Assembly: GCA_964359155.1 (NCBI GenBank)
Contig: CAYHRN010000002.1
Location: 1-33,210, forward strand
Reading direction: 5' to 3'
DNA from: an uncultured Gammaproteobacteria bacterium
GTDB taxonomy: Bacteria; Patescibacteriota; Patescibacteriia; CAYHRN01
Length of the DNA: 33,210 nt
How positions within the stretch are numbered: position 1 is the first letter of the stretch; each line of letters begins with the position of its first letter. Under the pieces are notes generated by a model. The model did no database searches and had not been told where the DNA came from. It was given only the letters and a program-made list of their open reading frames with translations. The position numbers were made by a program, and so were the translations under genes. Positions 25,502-32,178 of the stretch are shown piece by piece.

Positions 25502-27352
25502 TTATTTTTTTGATTCAATCTCTTTCAGGATTCGTTCGGTAAATTGTTTGCGGGTCATGGGTATAGTTGTTTCTTTACCACGCAACCGCACCGCAAGGCG
25601 CGTGCTTTTTGCTTCTTTGTCGCCCATAACCAGCATGTAGGGAATTTTTTGCTGTACAGCTTTACGGATTTTGTAGCCCACGGTTTCATTACTCAAGTCT
25701 GCATGCACTCTAATCCCCTGCTCTTTTAGTTCTTCCGCCAGTTTTTTAACTACCTTTTCATGTTTTTCCCCTACCGGAATAATACCTACTTGCACGGGCG
25801 CAAGCCATGTGGGAAAGGCGCCCGCGTAGTGTTCGATGAGAAAGCCAATAAGGCGTTCGTGGGTAGAAAGTGGTGCGCGGTGAATACACAAAGGAGTTTT
25901 CTCTGTGCCGTCTTTGTCTTTGTAGGTGAGATTAAACCGCGCAGGCACGGCAAAGTCTACTTGGTTCGTGGCAAGGGCAAACTCGCGCCCTATCGTGCTC
26001 CAAATCAGTACGTCAATCTTGGGGCCATAAAAGGCTGCTTCATTGGGCACTTCCACAAATGGCACTTTGGTTTTTATCAAAATAGTACGCACCATAGCTT
26101 CTGTTTTCTCCCATAGCGGCTTATTGTCGATGTATTTTTTACCCAGTCCTTCGGCACTATGCGTGCTAAGGCGGATGACATATTTTTTAATGCCAAAAAT
26201 TTTAAAGTATGCATGGTACAATTTAATCACGGCTAAAAATTCTTTTTCAAACTGTTCTTCGGTGCAATAAATATGCGCATCATTCATTTGCAAGCTGCGC
26301 ACGCGCATCAGGCCAAATAATTCCCCGCTTTTTTCGTAACGGTAGCAGGTGCCGTATTCTGCTAGGCGTAGTGGTAAGTCGCGGTAACTTCTGGGTTCTG
26401 CCGCATAAATTTGATGATGATGTGGGCAGTTCATGGCCTTCAGGTAATACGTAACTTTTTGCCCATTGTCTTCGTTCATCACCATGGGAGGGAACATGCT
26501 TTCGGCATAATAGGGCAAGTGGCCCGAAGTTTTATACATGTCTTCTTTTGCCACATGCGGGGTGCGTACGCGCACATACCCTGTGGCCGCTTCCATGTCT
26601 TTCCCAAGTTTTTCAATTTCTTCAATTAGTATTGCGCCATTGGGGAGCCAAAGGGGCAACCCAGGTCCCACCAAGTCGGAAAACGCAAACAGTTTCAGTT
26701 CTTTGCCAAGCTTGCGGTGGTCGCGGCGCTCAGCTTCTTTTAACAGTTCCAAGTGCGCATCCAGTTCTTCTTGGGTATGAAATGCAAGACCGTAAATGCG
26801 AGTGAGCATTTTGTTTTTCTCGCTCCCCCGCCAGTAGGCGCCCGCAAGGTGGGTAAGTTTAAATGCACCTAATTCGTTGGTGTTTTTAATATGAGGTCCG
26901 CGGCAGAGGTCTATAAATTTGCCGGTTTCATAGATGGAAGCCATGCCATTGCTCACTGAATCTTCGGAGGGTAAATCCCCCTTTTCTTCCCCCTTTGTAA
27001 AAGGGGGAACGAGGGGGATTTGTGTGGTTCCTCGCTCCTTCAGGTCGTTGAGGAGTTCAACTTTAAATTGTTGCCCGCGAGATTGAAAAAATGCAATTGC
27101 CTCATCGAGCGGCATTTCTTTGCGCACATAGGGAGTAGTACGTTTTGCCAAGTTGCGCATTTTTTGTTCAATCCGCACTAAATCTTGTGGCGTAATAGGT
27201 TGAGTAAACTGAAAGTCATAAAAAAATCCATGTTCAATCACGGGGCCAATGCCCAGCTTTACGCCGGGGTACAGCTCTTCCACGGCAGCGGCCATAAGGT
27301 GAGCAGTGGAATGGCGAAGGGTTTCGAGGTCGGGGTTTTGGTTGTTGCTCAT
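25502..27352 (-). CDS. thrS: threonine--tRNA ligase (no N-terminal TGS domain; carries an in-frame palindromic-element insert)
   Basis: HSTAHLMAAAV editing-domain motif, ..DLCRGPH.., class II motifs ..RVRSLQMNDAHIY.. and ..FYGPKID.., and an anticodon-binding domain. ATG 27352 (MSNNQNPDLETLRHSTAH..) is preferred over track start 27433. Confidence 0.95.
   Translation of the reverse strand: MSNNQNPDLETLRHSTAHLMAAAVEELYPGVKLGIGPVIEHGFFYDFQFTQPITPQDLVRIEQKMRNLAKRTTPYVRKEMPLDEAIAFFQSRGQQFKVELLNDLKERGTTQIPLVPPFTKGEEKGDLPSEDSVSNGMASIYETGKFIDLCRGPHIKNTNELGAFKLTHLAGAYWRGSEKNKMLTRIYGLAFHTQEELDAHLELLKEAERRDHRKLGKELKLFAFSDLVGPGLPLWLPNGAILIEEIEKLGKDMEAATGYVRVRTPHVAKEDMYKTSGHLPYYAESMFPPMVMNEDNGQKVTYYLKAMNCPHHHQIYAAEPRSYRDLPLRLAEYGTCYRYEKSGELFGLMRVRSLQMNDAHIYCTEEQFEKEFLAVIKLYHAYFKIFGIKKYVIRLSTHSAEGLGKKYIDNKPLWEKTEAMVRTILIKTKVPFVEVPNEAAFYGPKIDVLIWSTIGREFALATNQVDFAVPARFNLTYKDKDGTEKTPLCIHRAPLSTHERLIGFLIEHYAGAFPTWLAPVQVGIIPVGEKHEKVVKKLAEELKEQGIRVHADLSNETVGYKIRKAVQQKIPYMLVMGDKEAKSTRLAVRLRGKETTIPMTRKQFTERILKEIESKK
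26973..27021. repeat. nested-hairpin palindromic element inside the thrS coding sequence
   Basis: AAATCCCCC-ttttc-TTCCCCCTTT-gta-AAAGGGGGAA-cga-GGGGGATTT. Shares CCCTTTGTAAAAGGG and GGGATTTGTG with the copy at 29445-29493. Confidence 0.7.
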
Positions 27353-27447
27353 AAGGATTACAGTATTTAAAAAATGTAGCCGCAAGCTTGAGCTTGCGAT
27401 CAATGTGGATTTTAGTATATCACGCCGCACCATGAAACGTACAATGG

Positions 27448-27476
27448 TTGACCTTTCAAGTAAAGTTTGCTATTAT
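27448..27476 (+). promoter_or_regulatory. sigma70-type promoter with extended -10 for small ORF 27522-27665
   Basis: TTGACC (27448-27453), 17 nt spacer, TGC-TATTAT (27471-27476). Confidence 0.55.
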
Positions 27477-27521
27477 ATATTTGCCTAAAACCCCATGGAA
27501 AAATACAGAAAGGAGGCTTCC

Positions 27522-27665
27522 ATGGACAGTTTTTGGAACCGCCACCCGCGCCTCACGTGGGTTCTGCTGGTAGGTGAGGCTCTCGCGTTCGCGAGTATCC
27601 TCGCCTACGTGGGGTGGTTGGGCGTTCAACCACCGCCCCCTCCGCCACCCGCTCCCCCCACCTGA
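27522..27665 (+). CDS. small single-pass membrane peptide with polyproline C-terminus (47 aa; 56 aa if ATG 27495 is used)
   Basis: Hand-translated: MDSFWNRHPRLTWVLLVGEALAFASILAYVGWLGVQPPPPPPPAPPT*. AAAGGAGG lies 5 nt upstream. Has its own promoter and terminator, and G/C-ending codons. Confidence 0.5.
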   Translation: MDSFWNRHPRLTWVLLVGEALAFASILAYVGWLGVQPPPPPPPAPPT

Positions 27666-27702
27666 GTGGTGGTCGAGGAAGGTCCGGAGTATCCGGACCA
27701 GA

Positions 27703-27738
27703 AAGGCTCGTGCCACTAATGCCGGGCCTTCTTTTTTT
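27703..27738 (+). terminator. intrinsic terminator of the small-ORF cassette (abuts the stop of the convergent 353-aa protein gene)
   Basis: AAGGCTCG / CGGGCCTT 8-bp stem (one G-U) with a 12-nt loop, then C plus T7 (27732-27738). Preceded by a second hairpin GGTCCGGA-gta-TCCGGACC (27681-27699). Confidence 0.7.
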
Positions 27739-27746
27739 ATTTTGCA

Positions 27747-28808
27747 TTAACATCCACCACAGTTTCCTTTGCCTAAGGCAACTTCTTGTGAAGCACAGGA
27801 AGAAGAAAAGGAAATAAAATACTTCCATTGGCCAGGCGCAATATTGACTGATCGCAAGGCAATGGGCTTGAAGTTCTTACACTGTATCCATGAGGGGGCT
27901 TTATTGGGTTCAGGACGAATTTTATTTTTAAGGCTTTGTCCTTGGTCTGAGTAGGGAGCGCAATAGTTCTGTTGATTAGTGCAGCTTATTTTGGGTGTGC
28001 AAGCTTGGTAGAGTTTAGATGCTATGTCAGGCCATACTTTGTCGGCAAAGCATCGTTCGCATGCACGTGCTGCTACCTCAGGAGGCAGAATAACTATGGC
28101 AGTTTCGTTTTTCATGCCACCACCCTGAGCAAGGGTGCGGTAGGGTACCGTGACACTCACTCCTTCTTTTATTGGTGTGTTGCTTTGAATAGTCTTTCGG
28201 TCTGATAATTTATTATCTTCCATGATGCTTCTCAGTTTTTGAGGGATGCTGGTGAGCGGAAGCTCGAGCTCTGCGTCTATTTGATTTGATGTGGGGGGAA
28301 GTGCACCAAGATCCCAGGTACTTTTTTGGCATATGCTTTGCGTGGCATCATGAGGCGCGGAAGTTGTTTCTCCTGGCCAACGCAGTGGTGTGCCTGGTGC
28401 GAGGGATTCAAGAGGATCGCCAAATCCCCACATAGACCCTCTGCGTGCCTCTCTTGGATCAAAAAGTCCATTGTCTTGGAAAAAGAGGAGTGGTTTATCG
28501 GCAGCACTTTTGGTGTTCACGGTACCTTTAATGGTATTGCCACGTACTGGCGCTGGTATATTTTTAACTTTAAAGCCTTCCAGTGCTTGAAAGTAGGTGA
28601 GGCCATTGTGTTTTTTAAACGAAAGTCCTCGCGAAGAAAAGGTAGTCCCCTCACGGATCTTGTCAGCATTTTGCAACGTAAACGTAAAAGGTACTCCACA
28701 TGGTGGTTTTTGATCGAGCCAGTAGTCGGTAATAGCCTGGGCATGGAGGGGTGTTGTGGGCAGTATCAGGGCCATAATGGTAAGAGCAAAAAAGAAGTTG
28801 CGCATCAT
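27747..28808 (-). CDS. secreted hypothetical protein, Cys-rich C-terminal region
   Basis: Signal peptide MMRNFFFALTIMALILPTTPLHAQA. 11 Cys, 9 of them in the last about 105 residues. Ends GKGNCGGC. No motif recognised. Confidence 0.75.
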   Translation of the reverse strand: MMRNFFFALTIMALILPTTPLHAQAITDYWLDQKPPCGVPFTFTLQNADKIREGTTFSSRGLSFKKHNGLTYFQALEGFKVKNIPAPVRGNTIKGTVNTKSAADKPLLFFQDNGLFDPREARRGSMWGFGDPLESLAPGTPLRWPGETTSAPHDATQSICQKSTWDLGALPPTSNQIDAELELPLTSIPQKLRSIMEDNKLSDRKTIQSNTPIKEGVSVTVPYRTLAQGGGMKNETAIVILPPEVAARACERCFADKVWPDIASKLYQACTPKISCTNQQNYCAPYSDQGQSLKNKIRPEPNKAPSWIQCKNFKPIALRSVNIAPGQWKYFISFSSSCASQEVALGKGNCGGC

Positions 28809-28829
28809 ATGTAGTATTTTTCTTTTATA

Positions 28830-29429
28830 CTACTCTTTTTGAATGTGCACGTCTATGGTGAAGCTCAGAGCGGGGTTCGCGCCCAGCCAGGTATATTTGT
28901 TATTCACTTGGTATATAGGGCGAAAGGCAAGGGTATAGGTGCCAGGGATGCTGGGAGCAACCACGGAAAATGTAAATGTGCCGTGCGCAGTGGGCTCTAC
29001 GCTTTCTTCTTTAAGTGCGGCCACGCGTTTTTTGCCTGGCCAACTTTTGTGATACCAGGGGCTAGAATCTGCTTCGTCGGGCGCAAGAATTTGTAAAAAT
29101 GTAGTGGTGTTTGTCCATGTGGCAGTGCCGGTATTTTGAAATGTAGCAGAAAGGGTAAGAGTTTTTCCTGGGGCAGCAGAGATAAGTTTGTGGCTTTGGG
29201 AAATAAGTTTTTGAGACCAGGTAAAGGGTTCACCCTCACCCCCGCCTACGGCGGGGCCTCTCCCCTCAAGGGAGAGGCGGGTTTTTTCAGAGGGTAAGGG
29301 AGAGGGGTATGATTCAATTTCAAAATCATTCGCATGATTTCCTTGATATATCCTGAATAACCAAATCCCCTGCCCCACCAGGGCAAGGGTCAATACGCCA
29401 ATAACTATGGAGATGTATTCTTTTTTCAT
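28830..29429 (-). CDS. N-terminally membrane-anchored protein with beta-rich (Ig-like, possibly NBR1-type) ectodomain
   Basis: TM helix ISIVIGVLTLALVGQGIWLF, then a repeat-encoded linker. The beta-strand-like segment ..GKTLTLSATFQNTGTATW..GTFTFSVVAPSIPGTYTLAFRP.. is present. The domain call is tentative. Confidence 0.7.
   Translation of the reverse strand: MKKEYISIVIGVLTLALVGQGIWLFRIYQGNHANDFEIESYPSPLPSEKTRLSLEGRGPAVGGGEGEPFTWSQKLISQSHKLISAAPGKTLTLSATFQNTGTATWTNTTTFLQILAPDEADSSPWYHKSWPGKKRVAALKEESVEPTAHGTFTFSVVAPSIPGTYTLAFRPIYQVNNKYTWLGANPALSFTIDVHIQKE
29240..29287. repeat. tandem GC-rich hairpins embedded in frame in the anchored-protein gene
   Basis: CCCCGCC-tac-GGCGGGG (29240-29256) and GCCTCTCCC-ctcaa-GGGAGAGGC (29256-29278), followed by GGG plus T6 on the plus (antisense) strand. 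Translated on the minus strand as ..KTRLSLEGRGPAVGGGEGE.. Confidence 0.65.
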
Positions 29430-29444
29430 AGGCCGCGAATAGTA

Positions 29445-29493
29445 TACCTCTCATTCTCCCTTTGTAAAAGGGAGAAAAGAAGAGGGATTTGTG
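29445..29493. repeat. intergenic copy of the nested-hairpin palindromic element (5' leader region of the anchored-protein gene)
   Basis: TCTCCCTTT-gta-AAAGGGAGA (29455-29475) and GAGGGATTTGTG (29482-29493). Strings of 15 nt and 10 nt are identical to the thrS copy. Confidence 0.65.
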
Positions 29494-29500
29494 GCGTGCC

Positions 29501-29529
29501 TTGCTTTAATAATAAATTTATGCTATTAT
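29501..29529 (+). promoter_or_regulatory. sigma70-type promoter with extended -10 for ORF 29589-29966
   Basis: TTGCTT (29501-29506), 17 nt spacer, TGC-TATTAT (29524-29529). The string TGCTATTATgTATTTG nearly matches the promoter at 27468-27483. Confidence 0.5.
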
Positions 29530-29588
29530 GTATTTGGACCAAGATCGCGGATCTTGGCTTTGTTGGGCCTTTTCCCAGGGAGGGAGCC

Positions 29589-29966
29589 ATGTCGAACCAG
29601 CAGGCTGTCAGGCAGTTAACGATCAACTGCCTGATCATGCTCGTTTTTTTGGCCATGCTGGGGGTCGGGTGGCTTCACTACCGAGCAGCGGAGCTCGGTG
29701 TGCCGCTCATCCCCCGCCGACCCGTCGACCAGGTTGAGCTCGGTAGTGGGGCGCCCAGGCCCGAGGCGCCGCCCGAGAAAATCCTGGATTTCTCGGATAT
29801 CGGTCTGGCCGAGGCGGTCGCTAAGGGAGGCGCCGAGGGTGCTCGCGCGGCGGCCGAAGCCGTCACCAAGGCCGCGGAAGTGGTCGGCGACGTGGCAGCT
29901 GAGGGGGTCGGCAAGATCCCCGAAGCCATGGAGGAGGCGGAAAAAAAGAAAAAGCCGCCCAAGTAG
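29589..29966 (+). CDS. GC-rich small membrane protein: one TM helix, Pro-rich linker, Ala/Glu/Gly-rich tail (125 aa)
   Basis: ATG 29589 follows AGGGAGGGA by 3 nt. Sequence MSNQQAVRQLTINCLIMLVFLAMLGVGWLHY..PRRPVDQ..APRPEAPPE..AEAVAKGGAEGARAAAEAVTKAAEVV..EKKKKPPK. Strongly G/C-ending codons. The track start GTG 29496 would run through the promoter. Confidence 0.6.
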   Translation: MSNQQAVRQLTINCLIMLVFLAMLGVGWLHYRAAELGVPLIPRRPVDQVELGSGAPRPEAPPEKILDFSDIGLAEAVAKGGAEGARAAAEAVTKAAEVVGDVAAEGVGKIPEAMEEAEKKKKPPK

Positions 29967-29999
29967 GGTGGCAATTCAGGGCCTGGAGGGGGCCCGCAG

Positions 30000-30036
30000 G
30001 GAGGGGTAGACTACCAGTGCGTCGCCCCTCCTTTTT
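30000..30036 (+). terminator. intrinsic terminator of ORF 29589-29966, overlapping the stop of the convergent 711-aa protein gene
   Basis: GGAGGGG (30000-30006) pairs with CCCCTCC (30025-30031), followed by T5 (30032-30036). Confidence 0.55.
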
Positions 30037-32171
30037 CATTTCTTTGCCACACCTTTGAGTACTTTTTCTTGTTGTTCTTTAAGACGTTTCAATATTTCTA
30101 TGAAAAATTCTTTCAGGGGGTCAATAGTACCCATTTCTTTAATATAGTTTTTCTTTAAACCTATAAGACGCTCTTCTTCTTGCCGCATAAAGCGCTGCAT
30201 ACGCACGCCCAGGCGTTTGACCATGCGGATTTCTTTAATCTTAAGAAGAGTCTCTACTAACGCATCTAGTGCACGCGGTATTTGATATTTTAATGCCGTG
30301 GGGACGACTGAATCCAGTATCCCTGCAACTACCATGCGTATGTCATTTTCTGTGTCTTGAAGGGTGTCTTTGATAAATTTCGGCAATTTAATGGTACAGT
30401 CTTTTAAATACATGGCTTTCATATTTGCCAAAAGGCGGGTAAAGGCAAGTACAATCATCTCATTTTTAATACCAATGAATGGGGGTCCCCCAAGCACTTT
30501 TGCTATTTCTGGTATTTCTGGTGGCATAGGAGGAAGTCCGCCATTACCATCGGGGTCATTTTTGTGATCATCAAGCCAGCTCCTCGCAGCATAAGGGTCT
30601 TTAGCGCGCTTACGCAGTTCTCTAAAAGCTTCAGAGCCAATGAATGGCATGCCTACTACCACACCGCCTTTTCGATATTTTGTGGAGTAATCGCTGGCAG
30701 CTTCTAATAGTTGTTCAAGATCACCATTGTCTTTAAAATAAAGCTTTTTAAGTAATGAGGCAAGGCCTTTTTTGACGCGCGCATAGATTTCGTGTTTCAT
30801 GCGCAACTTCAGATGATCTTTTGCTTGCTCGCTACACTGCAAGTATTGTAATGCATCTTGTTCAAGGCTGCCTTTCTTGGGGTCAAACATGTCTTGAGGT
30901 TTTTTGGGTGCAAACGGGTTGATAAAGAGCGGTGGGGTTTTGGGAGGTGGTTGTGGCGCGGTGGTGTCTTTCGAATCTTCTTCCTCGGGGAACGAGGGAT
31001 CATTCTTTAATATACGATCAATATCTTCTTGAAGAGAGTCAAGATCTTTTTGAAAATCTGCCTTGGTGCTATGCAGCAGAGCATGCAAGTCTTTCAGGGC
31101 ATCAAGGAGGCCTTGCTTATTATCATTTTTTGCGGCAGCCAAAAGAGTGTCGAGTAATGCAAAGAGTTGGGTAATGCCACGATCGGCAAGTGCTGCTTTT
31201 AGAATACCTTCATGAATATCAATCTGGGGTGCGTTGCGGTCGTACTTTTTAGGATTATAAGAAATAGCATGTTCTAAAAGCCATGAAGCAGGCAAAGAAC
31301 AATTGGCAGGCCACACAGAAATAGCGCTCGCCAGGCCTTGCAAGATACGCAAGGTTTGTATGGGAACGGCAATACCACGTGCATATCCTCGGCCGTCGTC
31401 TTGCTTTTTTAATTCCTTTACCGCTTCAGCCAAGGTGGGGCGTGGCGTAGGTACGGTAAGGCCTTGTGCTGCGTACGCTTTTTCAATTGTTTCATCCCAG
31501 AGCGGCCAGATGGCGTCCAAGAATTTACGGCCGATCAATGCCTTTATGTCTTGATAGCTTGCTTTGGGATTAAAACTACAATCGGCAATTTCTTGCACGA
31601 GCGTGTCTTGAAACTGTTTGAGCATCTGCGTTTCGTCCAAATTAGCATCAATGGCAGGTGGCGCACCAGTACCTGGTAAATCTGGTTTTAATAGTACCCC
31701 TGGTGCCGGGGCTATGCCTGGAGTGTGTACAAACGCAAAGAGTGGGGTAAGTGCGGTATTGGCAACAAATTGCTCTTTACTCACCGTGCTGGTGCCTTGC
31801 AACAAGGCCTGCACGATTGCATCAAAACGTAAGCGCGCAACAAGCGTGGCAAGGTTATTGGCCACGCCTTGTGCCATGGTAATATCTTCTTTGCTTGAGG
31901 GTTGTACCCGCAGTAATGTTTGTCCCAGTATTTGGTTCTTACGGGTGGCACTTAGGCGATACAAGGTGGGAGTAGTTACCACAGGAGTATTAAAATATTT
32001 TTCCCAGGTATTGTCGAGGGGCCTTGCCTTACAGCCCACGACACCACTTGGTACTTCTTGCCCGCCTAAATTTTGTGCAGGAAAACTTGGGCGGGCTTGT
32101 AGGGCGGCCATTGCAGGCGTAAGTGGGCCAAGCAGCAGGCTTAAGATAATAAAAGGAGTGAGAAGTTGCAT
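30036..32171 (-). CDS. secreted hypothetical protein, 711 aa, mostly helical with a central Pro-rich linker
   Basis: Signal peptide MQLLTPFIILSLLLGPLTPAMAA. Linker ..TTAPQPPPKTPPLFINPFAPKKP... No motif recognised. Starts 7 nt after the upstream gene's stop. Confidence 0.8.
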   Translation of the reverse strand: MQLLTPFIILSLLLGPLTPAMAALQARPSFPAQNLGGQEVPSGVVGCKARPLDNTWEKYFNTPVVTTPTLYRLSATRKNQILGQTLLRVQPSSKEDITMAQGVANNLATLVARLRFDAIVQALLQGTSTVSKEQFVANTALTPLFAFVHTPGIAPAPGVLLKPDLPGTGAPPAIDANLDETQMLKQFQDTLVQEIADCSFNPKASYQDIKALIGRKFLDAIWPLWDETIEKAYAAQGLTVPTPRPTLAEAVKELKKQDDGRGYARGIAVPIQTLRILQGLASAISVWPANCSLPASWLLEHAISYNPKKYDRNAPQIDIHEGILKAALADRGITQLFALLDTLLAAAKNDNKQGLLDALKDLHALLHSTKADFQKDLDSLQEDIDRILKNDPSFPEEEDSKDTTAPQPPPKTPPLFINPFAPKKPQDMFDPKKGSLEQDALQYLQCSEQAKDHLKLRMKHEIYARVKKGLASLLKKLYFKDNGDLEQLLEAASDYSTKYRKGGVVVGMPFIGSEAFRELRKRAKDPYAARSWLDDHKNDPDGNGGLPPMPPEIPEIAKVLGGPPFIGIKNEMIVLAFTRLLANMKAMYLKDCTIKLPKFIKDTLQDTENDIRMVVAGILDSVVPTALKYQIPRALDALVETLLKIKEIRMVKRLGVRMQRFMRQEEERLIGLKKNYIKEMGTIDPLKEFFIEILKRLKEQQEKVLKGVAKK

Positions 32172-32178
32172 GCAAGGA

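Noticed and set aside
27353-27433. N-terminal extensions suggested by the ORF track: thrS to 27433, tkt-N from 11821, lspA from 21270, speB from 8256, dnaN to 2733, and the GC-rich ORF from 29496.
   Set aside because: The extensions have no family-like sequence, overlap upstream genes or promoter-like elements, and internal ATGs give canonical N-termini.
29426-29656. 76-aa minus-strand ORF spanning the divergent control region.
   Set aside because: It translates the palindromic element, both promoter regions and the antisense of the GC-rich ORF start, so it is spurious.
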